DNA from: Candidatus Bathyarchaeota archaeon
Lineage (GTDB): Archaea > Thermoproteota > Bathyarchaeia > Bathyarchaeales > Bathycorpusculaceae
Length of the DNA stretch: 64,000 nucleotides
NCBI GenBank assembly: GCA_963833575.1
Contig: CAWHXY010000004.1
Span: 736,001-800,000 of the forward strand
Reading direction: 5' to 3'
This document shows, piece by piece, positions 48,838-59,456 of the stretch. Numbering within the stretch: the stretch's first letter is position 1; each line of letters starts with the position of its first letter. The translations under genes were made by a program, and so were the position numbers. The notes beneath the pieces are model-generated. The model was given only the letters and a program-made list of their open reading frames with translations, was not told the origin of the DNA and ran no database searches.

Positions 48838-49590
48838 ATGCTAGGGCCGACCGAAAAATACTTGCTCGAAAAAATAAAAGCTGAAGGCTCAATTCACATA
48901 ACTCTAATCGACCCCGAAAAAGTAACAGTTCAACAAGCTGCCCACATTGCTGAAAACTCCAAAAACAGCGGAACAGCCGCCATAATGATTGGAGGCTCAA
49001 CATTTGCTTCTCAAACCCACCTTGATGACGTCGTAAAATCCATAAAGTCCTCAGTAAAACTTCCTACAATCCTTTTTCCAAATAACATCACAGGAATAAG
49101 TAGCTATGCAGATGCCATTTGGTTTATGTCTCTACTAAATTCAGTAGATCCTTACTTTCTAATGGGAGCCCAGATTTTAGGAGCCCCGCTTGTCAAAAGA
49201 TACGGTTTGGAACCTATTTCCATGGGTTATATAATAGTAGGCGACGGCGGTACCGCCGGTATTGTAGGAAAAGCAATATCAGTACCTTACTCTAAGCCTG
49301 AACTCGCAGCTGCTCATGCTCTTGCTGGCCAATACCTCGGGATGCGTTTCATTTATCTAGAAGGAGGTTCTGGAGCAGCACATCCTGTACCGCCTGAAAT
49401 GATTCGGGCAGTCAAACACTTGCTCGAAATTCCATTAATAGTGGGCGGGGGAATAAGAACTAAGGAACAAGCTATAGCTGCTGCAACAGCCGGCGCAGAC
49501 ATAATCGTCACAGGCAATATTACTGAGACTTCCGATGCAAAGCAACGAGTTTCTGAGATCATCGGAGCAATCAAAGCCGTCAAAGTTTAG
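48838..49590 (+). CDS. Geranylgeranylglyceryl phosphate synthase
   Basis: LIDPEK, IMIGGS, YLEGGSGA, VGGGIR and VTGN. Confidence 0.95.
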   Translation: MLGPTEKYLLEKIKAEGSIHITLIDPEKVTVQQAAHIAENSKNSGTAAIMIGGSTFASQTHLDDVVKSIKSSVKLPTILFPNNITGISSYADAIWFMSLLNSVDPYFLMGAQILGAPLVKRYGLEPISMGYIIVGDGGTAGIVGKAISVPYSKPELAAAHALAGQYLGMRFIYLEGGSGAAHPVPPEMIRAVKHLLEIPLIVGGGIRTKEQAIAAATAGADIIVTGNITETSDAKQRVSEIIGAIKAVKV

Positions 49591-49677
49591 CTAAAGTATT
49601 TTCTTTTGCCTTTTTGTTTAGTTTTTAGAAAGCCAAAATAACCCATTACTCTATATCTTGCCAAGAGAAGTTACGCT

Positions 49678-52600
49678 TTGAACATCAGCAAAGGCTATCG
49701 AAACTACATTGAAACAATGGAAAATACTCTGAAGCAACTGTATGCAATAAGCGACAGCGCTAGATCGGAAGGCTTAGATCCTTCGTTAAAAACAGAGTGC
49801 ATTGTCGCACAAGATATTGCTGACTTAGTAGAAGGTCTAGTAGGCCCCCCAAAAGTTGCACTTAGCATTAGGGATTTAAGCACTAAAATCCCACGAGAAG
49901 AAATAGCGTTTAAGGTTGCTGAAGAAATTGTCTTGGGTAAATTTGGCGCCATGGATCCTGAAAGTGCTGCTGAACAGGCGATTCGAACGGCACTTGCTAT
50001 TTTCACTGAAGGTTTAACTGCCGCACCAATTCAAGGTATTGCTCAAGTTAAAATAAAAACTAACGCCGACAGAACCCGCTACTTAGCCATATACTTTGCT
50101 GGTCCAATAAGGTCAGCGGGTGGAACAGATCAAGCATTGACTTTAGTTGTTGGCGATTTTGTGCGGAGTAAGCTAGGCTTAGATAAGTATAAGCCAACAG
50201 AGGAAGAGGTCTCCCGTTTTGTCGAGGAATTACGGTTATATGAACGTTCGGTAGGACGCTTCCAATATCACATTCCTGACGATGAATTAAAAAAAGCGTT
50301 AAATCTGATTCCTGTTGAATGCACGGGAACTGAATCTGATCCTGTAGAAGTCTCCTCCTACCGAAACCTGCCAAGAGTCGAGACGAACCGAGTGAGAGGC
50401 GGCGCGCTTAGGGTGGTTAACGATGGCATTGTTGGTCGCGCTCAAAAGGTATATGTCATTATCGAAAAACTTGGTTTCCAAGGATGGGATTGGCTAAGAG
50501 AATTCAAAAAGAAATCAGAGAAGAAATCAGGTGGATTTATGGATGACGTGATTGCTGGGCGTCCAATTTTTGCTTTTCCTTCAAGGCGGGGCGGTTTCAG
50601 GTTAAGGTACGGCAGATCACGTAACACTGGCCTTTCAGCTGTAGGAATTCATCCTGCTACGATGCATGTGTTGGAGAATTTTCTCGCTGCAGGTACTCAG
50701 ATGCGGCTAGAACTTCCTGGCAAAGGATGTGTTACTCTCCCAGTAGATTCTATTGAACCTCCTGTTGTTTTGCTAAACGATAACTCCGTAGTTCGAGTAA
50801 CATTAGAAAATTTTGGCGAAGTTAAAGGTAAAATCCAAAAAATCCTTTTTCTAGGCGACATTCTAATTAGTTTTGGAGATTTTCTGTATTCTAACAAAGT
50901 GCTTCCTCCTTCAGGATACGTTGAGGAATGGTGGATTAAAGACGTTCAGAAAGCTACTGTAGGAAAATTCCATTCGGATTATCCTAAGCTGGCGGAAGAT
51001 ACTCAGATCTCTTTGGTACGCCTAAACAGTTTTGTGGCAGATCCTTTTTGCAACAAACCAACTTTTAGGGAAGCAGTGATTCTTAGTTCACAATTAGGAG
51101 TGCCCTTGCACCCAAGTTATCTGTTATTTTGGTCAAGTTTGTCCAATGTTCAAGATGTTGAGTTTCTGAGAAAGTGGCTGAATTCTTGTGAAGTTCTGTC
51201 TACTGATGGAGTTGTTTGCAAAATTTTAGGTCCAGCTAACGAAGACGCTATAAGACTTTTGAGAAGAGTCCTTGTTCCTCACAGGTTAATTGATTGTAAT
51301 ATTTTGTTAGAAGGTGAATCTGCAGCTACTTTAGCGATTTGTCTTGGTTTCGGTAACTCTAAAACAATTGATATCTCACATGCTGCGAGTGTGTTAGAAG
51401 CTGTTAATATGATTTCAGAAGTTCAAATCAAGGATAAAGCTCCAACCTATGTTGGTGGCAGGATGGGACGTCCTGAGAAAGCAAAGAAACGCGATATGAG
51501 ACCTGCCGTTCATGTCCTATTCCCAGTAAGCCTAGCCGGCGGAATGCATAGAGACCTTTTGGAAGCGGCAAAACAGGGTCCTGTGTTTGTTGAGATGGCT
51601 AAGCGCAAGTGTCCGACTTGCAAAGCTTACACTCTGAAGGTAAAATGCTCCAGCTGTGGGTGCAATACAGTTCCTGAGAGTTGTTGTCCTCGTTGTGGGC
51701 GAGTTTTGAAAGAAGGTGGCTTTTGTCCCACTTGTAAAACTGAAGCTATTCAGTACCAGCGACAAGCTATTAATTTTAGAGAAGTTGTTGGTGAAGCTTG
51801 TAAGTCACTTGGTTATCCTGCCCCAAAAATTCTAAGAGGCGTCAAAGGCTTAACTAACAAGGATAAGACTCCAGAGATTATTGAAAAAGGGATTTTACGT
51901 GCAAAATATGACTTGTCAGTTTACAAGGATGGAACGATCCGTTTTGACGCTACCAATGCACCTTTAACGCATTTTACTCCTGCTGAGGTTGGCGTCCCCG
52001 TTGAGAAGATCAGGCAGCTAGGATACTGCTCTGATACTCATGGTGTAAGTTTAGCTGATCCTAGTCAAGTTTGTGAGCTTAAGGTTCAGGATATTGTGAT
52101 TCCATGGCGTGCAGGAGATTACTTTATTCAGATTGCCGCTTTTATTGATGATCTTCTGGTTAGAGTTTACAAGCTTCCAGCGTACTATAACATTAAGAAG
52201 CCTGAAGATCTTGTTGGGCATTTGGTTTTTGGTTTGGCTCCTCACACATGCGCTTGTATTATGGGACGCATTATTGGGTATACAGACCGCAACGTGATTT
52301 ACGCGCATCCTATTTGGCACTCGGCTAAGCGTCGAGACTGCGACGGAGACGAGGACGCTATCATGCTTGCCTTGGATACCCTTCTGAACTTTTCACGCAT
52401 ATACCTGCCTGCGCAGATAGGAGGTATCATGGATGCCCCTATACTCTTAATTCCCTTTGTAAACACGAAAGAAGTTCAAAGGCAAGCTCACGATTTTGAT
52501 GTTGATGCAACATATCCTCTCGAGTTTTACCAAAAAACTTGGGACAAAGGCGATTCTAGGCCTGTAAGCTCCATTATGGATATTATCAGTCATAGACTTG

Positions 52601-53091
52601 GGACTGAAGCACAGTTTGAAGGATTCCAATACACCACTCCAGTTACAAACATAAACCTCGGAAACGCCAACAGCGCATACAAAGAATTCAAATCAATGAT
52701 AGAGAAACTCAATATGCAACTAGAGTTAGGCTCTAGAATTGATGCCGTCGATGTCAAACGAGTCGCACTAAAAGTTCTGACAACTCATTTCATACGAGAT
52801 ATTGCGGGTAATTTGCGTGCTTTCTCTACCCAAGGGTTCCGTTGCAAATCATGCAACAAAAAGTTTCGACGCCTACCTCTGAAAGGGAAATGCACTTTCT
52901 GTGGCGGAAAATTGACTCTTACCGTCTACCGTGGAGGTATAGAAAAGTACTTAGTTGCAGCTCAGCAGCTAGTTGACACTTATGGTTTGCCGAACTATTA
53001 CACTCAACGCATGGACCTGATAAAAGAGGAAATAGCTTCTATGTTCGATAACAAAAAGCCAAAGCAAGCTAAACTTTTTGATTTTGGATAA
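49678..53091 (+). CDS. polD2: DNA polymerase D large subunit DP2
   Basis: GPIRSAGGT, FRLRYGRSRNTG, GRMGRPEKA and catalytic KRRDCDGDED; no intein seen. Confidence 0.98.
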   Translation: MNISKGYRNYIETMENTLKQLYAISDSARSEGLDPSLKTECIVAQDIADLVEGLVGPPKVALSIRDLSTKIPREEIAFKVAEEIVLGKFGAMDPESAAEQAIRTALAIFTEGLTAAPIQGIAQVKIKTNADRTRYLAIYFAGPIRSAGGTDQALTLVVGDFVRSKLGLDKYKPTEEEVSRFVEELRLYERSVGRFQYHIPDDELKKALNLIPVECTGTESDPVEVSSYRNLPRVETNRVRGGALRVVNDGIVGRAQKVYVIIEKLGFQGWDWLREFKKKSEKKSGGFMDDVIAGRPIFAFPSRRGGFRLRYGRSRNTGLSAVGIHPATMHVLENFLAAGTQMRLELPGKGCVTLPVDSIEPPVVLLNDNSVVRVTLENFGEVKGKIQKILFLGDILISFGDFLYSNKVLPPSGYVEEWWIKDVQKATVGKFHSDYPKLAEDTQISLVRLNSFVADPFCNKPTFREAVILSSQLGVPLHPSYLLFWSSLSNVQDVEFLRKWLNSCEVLSTDGVVCKILGPANEDAIRLLRRVLVPHRLIDCNILLEGESAATLAICLGFGNSKTIDISHAASVLEAVNMISEVQIKDKAPTYVGGRMGRPEKAKKRDMRPAVHVLFPVSLAGGMHRDLLEAAKQGPVFVEMAKRKCPTCKAYTLKVKCSSCGCNTVPESCCPRCGRVLKEGGFCPTCKTEAIQYQRQAINFREVVGEACKSLGYPAPKILRGVKGLTNKDKTPEIIEKGILRAKYDLSVYKDGTIRFDATNAPLTHFTPAEVGVPVEKIRQLGYCSDTHGVSLADPSQVCELKVQDIVIPWRAGDYFIQIAAFIDDLLVRVYKLPAYYNIKKPEDLVGHLVFGLAPHTCACIMGRIIGYTDRNVIYAHPIWHSAKRRDCDGDEDAIMLALDTLLNFSRIYLPAQIGGIMDAPILLIPFVNTKEVQRQAHDFDVDATYPLEFYQKTWDKGDSRPVSSIMDIISHRLGTEAQFEGFQYTTPVTNINLGNANSAYKEFKSMIEKLNMQLELGSRIDAVDVKRVALKVLTTHFIRDIAGNLRAFSTQGFRCKSCNKKFRRLPLKGKCTFCGGKLTLTVYRGGIEKYLVAAQQLVDTYGLPNYYTQRMDLIKEEIASMFDNKKPKQAKLFDFG

Positions 53092-53152
53092 GCTAAAGCT
53101 TTTCAATGTAAAGCGCCTGTTTATCTTTCAGTGAAGAGGCATAAAGGAAACA

Positions 53153-53401
53153 ATGCATCCGAACGCTTACTTGAAAAATATTAGAAACGTAAATAGTGGT
53201 CTCAGAGCGAGAACCAAAATATTGGAAGTCCTCGAAATTAAGCAAAGCTCAGCCGGAACGATAGCAAAAGAATTGTCTCTATCTTATAGCGTTGTGATAC
53301 ATCACTTGCGTCTTCTTTCAAACGAAGGTATTGTTCAGAGTAAGGGAAGTCGACCCTACTATTGGGTGTCTACGGGGTTTGGCCAGAAGCGGCTAAGTTA
53401 G
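53153..53401 (+). CDS. ArsR-like wHTH protein
   Basis: RTKILEVL..IAKELSLSYSVVIHHLRLL..EGIV. Confidence 0.85.
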   Translation: MHPNAYLKNIRNVNSGLRARTKILEVLEIKQSSAGTIAKELSLSYSVVIHHLRLLSNEGIVQSKGSRPYYWVSTGFGQKRLS

Positions 53402-53700
53402 AATGTGCATTGACAAGGTGCCTGCTGACATTTTGGACATTTATGATTATATTTGTCAAGGACTGCTTTTTCCAGGTCGATACCCATTATGTTGGCAAGG
53501 GAAGCAAGCCATGCAATAACGTCTGCAAACTCTTTTTCAGTAGCCTCTCGACTAGTTCCTTTTTGTAATTCTTCTCCTAATTCTTCGACTTCATCGACAA
53601 GCCAATTGTATGTTCCAGTTATTCCGCGCGCAAGATCTCTTTTAAAATATAGTTGGCGCATCATTTCTTGAAATTCGTGTATCTGCATAGTTTCATCCAA
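53398..53700 (-). CDS. MazG-like nucleotide pyrophosphohydrolase
   Basis: WLVDEVEEL, EFADVIAWL and CPKC..PC.C tail. Confidence 0.9.
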   Translation of the reverse strand: MDETMQIHEFQEMMRQLYFKRDLARGITGTYNWLVDEVEELGEELQKGTSREATEKEFADVIAWLASLANIMGIDLEKAVLDKYNHKCPKCQQAPCQCTF

Positions 53701-53812
53701 CCACGATTTTACTGTTAAATGCTATTGAGTTTAAACATTTCAGGTTTCGATAATAAAATCTCACGGTTAAGTTTCTATTATCTGCGCAAGATTAATTAAA
53801 CGCCTGCAATAC

Positions 53813-54010
53813 ATGATGGGGCAGGGATATTTAGTGAGTAGACGGAAAAAGAAAGAAACAGGTCCAATGCCTGCAGCAAGTGCAGGATTACTCAGGTTCT
53901 TCGAGGAAGAGACCGAAGGAATAAAAATTAGACCTGAACTTCTTGTCGTTATCTCTGTAACATTAATCGTTATTTCTGTCCTAGCCAAAGTGTTCTTTCC
54001 TACCTCCTAG
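53813..54010 (+). CDS. Preprotein translocase subunit Sec61beta
   Basis: SAGLLRFFEEE..KIRP followed by a single TM helix. Confidence 0.92.
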   Translation: MMGQGYLVSRRKKKETGPMPAASAGLLRFFEEETEGIKIRPELLVVISVTLIVISVLAKVFFPTS

Positions 54011-54290
54011 GTAGGGTAGCGTGTAACACTTCTAGTCTTTGAACCGAATTCAAATGGAGAAATAGTTCGCTTCTTTCTTCTCGACTTGCAACTTGAGGAA
54101 TTGGCTGGGCAATAGTTGACCTTAAAACGATCGCTTCTGCATCTGACAACCAGATTCCTGAAGGTTCATGCGTTACTGCCACAAGAGTGCCTTCAAAACC
54201 GTAGGCCGGATCTATAATAACTCTGATTTTCTTGCCCACGTTCCTCTCCAACATGTGGAAAATTGATGGGGGCAAATCTTGATCTGGCAT
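54000..54290 (-). CDS. Sm/Lsm-like fold protein
   Basis: VGKKIRVII..FEGTLVAV...LSDA...FLHLNSV beta pattern. Confidence 0.55.
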   Translation of the reverse strand: MPDQDLPPSIFHMLERNVGKKIRVIIDPAYGFEGTLVAVTHEPSGIWLSDAEAIVLRSTIAQPIPQVASREERSELFLHLNSVQRLEVLHATLPRR

Positions 54291-54551
54291 AGAGCTCGCA
54301 AACTAATATGATAGTCATTCTTAAGATAAAACAGTTCCCCCTGCCACAAGCATGTTAACGGTTAGCGATTACAATGGCAAAGTATCGTTGTGAGGGGTCT
54401 TCTTTTATTTCTTTGTGATAAATTACAACTGCCCTGTTTGCGTGATATTAAGGAATTTGTATTTCCTGTTCTAAGGTGCGTATCCAAATGGCTAAAGAAT
54501 TTTAATAAGCCTCCGCTAACACCATAAAGAAAGCCTAGCTGAGTTGAAAAT

Positions 54552-56369
54552 ATGGAGAATGAAAGTTCGCTTAATTCCTCGATTGATAATGCTAGTAAGC
54601 ACTACTCCTCCATGTTTTCTCTTCCATCATTCAAAAAAGCGCTTGTTGCAGTGGGAGGGCTCTGTGTAGTGATTGGGCTTTCAACTTTGGCTGTCCCACA
54701 CCCTACTACGTTAGTTGATGGTTTGGCTCTTGGACTGAGTTTTTTCGCTCTTACCCTTATCGCGGATTTATCGATGAATAAAATCATTCTTAGAAATGAC
54801 CCGATTTTTTCGTTGAGGCGAACTCTTGTCGTATCCCTTGTCAGTTGGTTGATTTGGCTTCTTTTCAATGTAATAGGAATAGCACTAAGTTTTCCCTTTG
54901 GCTTTTTAATATGGGTTAAACTCTGCCTACTAGGTTACGCTGCGATCATAACTCTAAGAATCATTGTACTGATTGCAACTTCAACCGCCGCCAGTTGGAG
55001 AAAAGGGCTATCCATTTTGCTTCAGCCAACTCTTTGCCTCGCAGCTTTTATTATTTTTTGGATTGGCACATCAAACGCATTTCCGCTTCAGCAAGTTTTG
55101 ATTTACATGGTTCTTTCTCCAATAATTTGTTTTCTTGCTGTAAGTCTATTTTTTTACTCAATCGAGCGTTTAAGTCAGAAAACCTATTCACTGCACTCGA
55201 TACCCCTGTTTAGAGCATTCATAGTTAACTGGGCAACCGACCAAAACGCACCTCTGGAAAAATATCTTGAAGAAATGGGCGAAAACAAAGACATAGAAGT
55301 CACTCTCCTAAAGTTTGACTCTTCAAAACCTAAAGCCGCAATAATTGTTCCTCTTGTTCACCCAGGCCCATTCAAAAACATAGGCAGCAGCCTTTTGCCT
55401 TCTCTCCTAAAGCAAGGATTCGAAACAGAATACGGCTGTGCAACTTGTACTCCTTTAGGCATTCTGGGGCATGAACTTGATTTAGCTTCGCAAGAACAGA
55501 ATCACAAAATAATTTCTCAAGTGATCGCCTCTGCAAAGTCTAAAGCAACGGAGAGTTTAGCATCACCCTTTGTTAGAGTTACAGAGGGTGCCGCCACCGC
55601 TTCAGGACAAATTTTCGGGGAAACTATTTTCCTTTCTTTTACTCTTGCTCCAAAAACAACTGAAGATTTACCTCAAGAATTAGGTCAATATGTTAGTAGG
55701 GAAGCCGCAAAATATGGCTTAAAAAATGCTCTTGTCGTCAATACTCACAATTGCCTAACCGACCTAGTTGATACACAAGAACACTTAGACGCGCTTCAAA
55801 CCGCTGCTTCGAAATGTATTCAAAAAGCAATCAAATTGCAAACTAGACAGTTCAAGGTTGGCGGAGCCAGCGTGTTTCCAAAAGAATTTTCTCTAAAAGC
55901 AGGGATGGGCACCGGAGGAATTACTGCAATAGTTGTTCAGGTAAATGACCAGAAAGCCGCCTATGTCGTTATTGACGGAAATAATATGGTTCCAGGACTG
56001 CGTGAAAAAATTCTTGCGGCCTTAAGTTCTATAGGCTTCGCAGAAAGTGAAGTTTTTACAACCGACACTCATGCCGTAACCGCATTAATAACTCGCAGTC
56101 GAGGTTACAACCCAGTCGGCGAAGCTATGGATCAAGAATTGTTGATTCGTTATATCTGTGAAGTAGCAAAAAACGCAGAGGCAAATCTCGAAATCTCCAA
56201 TTCAGGATTCATACATTTCATAGTTCCACAAGTGAGAGTAATCGGGGAAGAACGATTAAAATCAATCACACTTCTAGTTGACAAAGCGATTAAGAAGGCA
56301 AAACAGACTTTGGTTCCTATTTTTGGATTAGAAGGCCTGCTTCTAATTCTGCTCTTACTGCTTTTCTAA
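54552..56369 (+). CDS. DUF2070 family membrane protein
   Basis: N-terminal TM helices, HPGPF..IGSS, NTHN, DGNN and TTDTH. Confidence 0.88.
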   Translation: MENESSLNSSIDNASKHYSSMFSLPSFKKALVAVGGLCVVIGLSTLAVPHPTTLVDGLALGLSFFALTLIADLSMNKIILRNDPIFSLRRTLVVSLVSWLIWLLFNVIGIALSFPFGFLIWVKLCLLGYAAIITLRIIVLIATSTAASWRKGLSILLQPTLCLAAFIIFWIGTSNAFPLQQVLIYMVLSPIICFLAVSLFFYSIERLSQKTYSLHSIPLFRAFIVNWATDQNAPLEKYLEEMGENKDIEVTLLKFDSSKPKAAIIVPLVHPGPFKNIGSSLLPSLLKQGFETEYGCATCTPLGILGHELDLASQEQNHKIISQVIASAKSKATESLASPFVRVTEGAATASGQIFGETIFLSFTLAPKTTEDLPQELGQYVSREAAKYGLKNALVVNTHNCLTDLVDTQEHLDALQTAASKCIQKAIKLQTRQFKVGGASVFPKEFSLKAGMGTGGITAIVVQVNDQKAAYVVIDGNNMVPGLREKILAALSSIGFAESEVFTTDTHAVTALITRSRGYNPVGEAMDQELLIRYICEVAKNAEANLEISNSGFIHFIVPQVRVIGEERLKSITLLVDKAIKKAKQTLVPIFGLEGLLLILLLLLF

Positions 56370-56441
56370 TTAAACCGGGTTCACTCTGTTAGTAAAGGTT
56401 AATATTGGTTCTTTACTAGGCTTTTTGTTGGAGTTATTTCA

Positions 56442-57788
56442 ATGAATTCTTATCCCAAAATTATTGTTTCCCCACCAGGTCCAAAGGCAAGGGAGCTTGT
56501 AGTTCGGGATGAACGGGTTGTTTCTCCTTCTTATACACGGTATTACCCCCTTGTTGTTGAGTCAGCAAGCGATTGCATAGTTAAAGACGTTGATGGCAAC
56601 GAATACATCGATCTTAATTCAGGCATAGCTTGCATGAACGTCGGCCACACCCATCCACGCGTTGTTGAAGCTATAAAAAGTCAATGTGACCGTTTTCTGC
56701 ATTATTCTAACACCGATTTTTACTACAAAGAAGTCATCACATTGGCAGAAAAGCTCGCAAACATAGCTCCGGGCGAATTTGAGAAAAAAACGTATTTCGG
56801 CAACAGTGGCACCGAAGCCGTTGAAGCAGCAGTAAAGCTGGCGCGATGGCACACACGCAAACCCCAATTCATAGGCTTCATAGACGCATTCCATGGTCGA
56901 ACTATGGGTTCGCTATCATTCACCGCTAGCAAACCAGCCCAAAGAAGGCATTTTTCACCTTTTATGCTGGGTGTAGCCCATGTACCCTATCCCCATTGCT
57001 ACCGTTGCCCCTTCAAACTGGAAAAGCCAGAATGCAACTATTGGTGTGCAGATTTTATTGACGAACAAGTATTGCAGAAGTATATGCCTTCTGAAGATGT
57101 GGCGGCGATTCTGTTTGAACCAATCCAAGGTGAAGGCGGCTATATTATACCCCCACCTGAGTTCTTTCAAAAACTAAAGAAAATCGCCGACAAGTATGGT
57201 TTACTATTAATCGATGATGAAGTGCAGTCTGGCATAGGAAGAACAGGCAAATGGTTCGCTATCGAACACTGGGATGTCGAACCAGACATAGTCTGTAGTT
57301 CAAAAGCTTTAGCGTCTGGATTACCCATCGGTGCAACAATCGCCAATGCAAAAATTATGGATTGGACCAGCGGATCACATGCAAGCACTTTTGGTGGAAA
57401 TCCCTTGTCCTGTGCTGCTGCAAACGCTGTTCTTGACATCATTAAGGAACAGCAACTGCTTGACAACGCTAACAAGCAAGGAGCTTACGCGATGAAAAGG
57501 TTAGATGAACTCAAAGAAACCAACAACATAGTTGGGGATGTACGGGGTAAGGGTTTAATGATTGGAGTTGAACTTGTCGAGGACAAAGAAACAAAGAAGC
57601 CTTCCCATCAAAAGGCAGTTGAAGTAATGTTACGTTCTTGGAAGCGGGGCGTGGCCGTTGTTACATGTGGTGTATCAACGCTTAGAATTGTTCCGCCACT
57701 CACTATACAAACAGAAATGCTTGGAGCTGCCTTGGATATTGTGGAAGATACAATTAATGAGGTCGCAAAACAAAGATCTCTATCTTGA
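56442..57788 (+). CDS. Class III PLP aminotransferase (acetylornithine/4-aminobutyrate family)
   Basis: DVDGNEYID, NSGTEA, FHGRT, EPIQGEGG, DEVQSG and STFGGNP. Confidence 0.95.
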   Translation: MNSYPKIIVSPPGPKARELVVRDERVVSPSYTRYYPLVVESASDCIVKDVDGNEYIDLNSGIACMNVGHTHPRVVEAIKSQCDRFLHYSNTDFYYKEVITLAEKLANIAPGEFEKKTYFGNSGTEAVEAAVKLARWHTRKPQFIGFIDAFHGRTMGSLSFTASKPAQRRHFSPFMLGVAHVPYPHCYRCPFKLEKPECNYWCADFIDEQVLQKYMPSEDVAAILFEPIQGEGGYIIPPPEFFQKLKKIADKYGLLLIDDEVQSGIGRTGKWFAIEHWDVEPDIVCSSKALASGLPIGATIANAKIMDWTSGSHASTFGGNPLSCAAANAVLDIIKEQQLLDNANKQGAYAMKRLDELKETNNIVGDVRGKGLMIGVELVEDKETKKPSHQKAVEVMLRSWKRGVAVVTCGVSTLRIVPPLTIQTEMLGAALDIVEDTINEVAKQRSLS

Positions 57789-58334
57789 CTTCACTTTTTT
57801 CAATGTTCTACGCGGTTTTCTCTTCAGGGCGGTTCCGCAAACTTGGCATTCTTTAGTTGAAGAGTTGGCTGGATATTCTTTGTAGCATGCGGGGCAATAC
57901 CTGATCCATTCTAAAAGTCGCTTAATGCCAAGAGTGGCGAGAGCCAAGAACTCTATCCCTAGTTGGGTGGCTACATTTTGTATAGAATAATCGTCGCTGA
58001 CAATCTGAGGAGCGTAACCCATTGACTTTAACTCTAAAGCTAAGGCTAAAAGTTCAATGTCGGTTTCCGATAATTTGAATGAATCGCCAACTTTATTTGA
58101 TGCCTTCTTAGTTTGAATCAAAAATTCTTGTAACGGCGCTATAACCTTGACTCTTCCGCTTTCAAGAGCAGCTTCAAAACGCATCTTAACCATCGAGTTT
58201 CTTTTTATTTCTTCTTCAACTTTTGGAGCAATCATTTGTTCTTTGTCAGAAGAGAAAGGATCAAACCCTGCTACAAAAGCAGAAGTATCTAAAACAATCA
58301 CTCGTTTTCGTTCATTGTAGTTTTGATGGGTCAT
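57780..58334 (-). CDS. nob1: rRNA maturation endonuclease Nob1
   Basis: VLDTSAF, LSETD, SDDYSIQN and CPAC/CQVCG zinc ribbon. Confidence 0.93.
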   Translation of the reverse strand: MTHQNYNERKRVIVLDTSAFVAGFDPFSSDKEQMIAPKVEEEIKRNSMVKMRFEAALESGRVKVIAPLQEFLIQTKKASNKVGDSFKLSETDIELLALALELKSMGYAPQIVSDDYSIQNVATQLGIEFLALATLGIKRLLEWIRYCPACYKEYPANSSTKECQVCGTALKRKPRRTLKKVKSR

Positions 58335-59185
58335 TCTGTTCCCTTAAACAGTAGCCGGCTTCTTAATCTGTCATAAAAGTCTGTTTCAAACCGTATGAAT
58401 GAAGTTACGTTTTTAGATATTGTGACTTCTAATTTTGGCTGTTTACTGTTTACGCGTTTGTGGTATTTTCCATCAATCAGAACAAGAACTTCCTCTGTTT
58501 TAGCTATGTTAAACGTGATAGTTGAGTTGGATGGAAAAACAAGCGAATGGAACATAGTTAAAGAGCAGATGGGAGTAATCACGAATGCACCTGCTTCAGG
58601 ATCTAAAACTGGGCCACCGGCTGAGAAGGAATATCCTGTAGAACCGGTTTGGGTAGCCACGATTAAGCCATCTGCTTGGCAATTAAGGATAGGTTTGCCG
58701 TCTTTACATATTTGTGCATTAAGTATTTTTGAAGGTTCACCAGAGGAAATGACAATATCGTTTAGAGCATCAGGCAAGACTTCTTCGCCTGCTTTTATAC
58801 AGAGTTTGGCGCATTTTTCGATTTTGTAATCGCCTTTCAAGATCTTGTCTAATCCTTCAAAAGCGTCTTTCGGTTCAACTGAAGTTAGGAATCCTCGAAC
58901 GCCCATATTTACTGCCAGAATTGGGGGTTCTGGCTTTGGCACATTTATGCATGTACGCAGTATTGTTCCGTCGCCACCGATTGTTATTAGGAAATCGGTT
59001 TTCATTTTCGATAGAGGAACCATCTCTTCTTTTATGGTGATTTTTCCCGCTAAGGTATCTTCAATGCAAACTTTCAACCCTTTCTCTCTTAGATAGTCTG
59101 CTAACTCTTCAACAAGCTCTAAAGCTGGTTTCTTATCGTAGCGGGCGATTAATCCCACAGTTTTGAACAATAATTTCACTGCCAA
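58331..59185 (-). CDS. nadK: NAD kinase
   Basis: GGDGT, GFL, ALND and DGLIVATQTGSTGYSFSAGGP. Confidence 0.96.
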   Translation of the reverse strand: MAVKLLFKTVGLIARYDKKPALELVEELADYLREKGLKVCIEDTLAGKITIKEEMVPLSKMKTDFLITIGGDGTILRTCINVPKPEPPILAVNMGVRGFLTSVEPKDAFEGLDKILKGDYKIEKCAKLCIKAGEEVLPDALNDIVISSGEPSKILNAQICKDGKPILNCQADGLIVATQTGSTGYSFSAGGPVLDPEAGAFVITPICSLTMFHSLVFPSNSTITFNIAKTEEVLVLIDGKYHKRVNSKQPKLEVTISKNVTSFIRFETDFYDRLRSRLLFKGTE

Positions 59186-59456
59186 TAAATAGCGTTTGAC
59201 TTATTCTATATTAAGCTTCTAAACTTCTTTACTCATTTTTTATTCAAGTATCTCTTTATTCTTAGTTTCAATTGGTGACTGGGCTGACTTTGGCAGGAGT
59301 TATTACTCACTTTTGAGTAATTTTTGAAGGGGCCTTTGGAAAATGGTTTTTTGATTTGTTTGTGTGTTTTGTTGATGAAACTGTATACAAATTGCAAGAA
59401 TGGTTGTCCGTTTTGAGACATAGTTTTTGTTTGTTTTGCTTTGCAGGTTCTTGTTC

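Noticed and set aside
49678-53091. Intein in DP2 (or in Cdc6)
   Set aside because: Lengths are normal and no intein splice motifs interrupt conserved regions.
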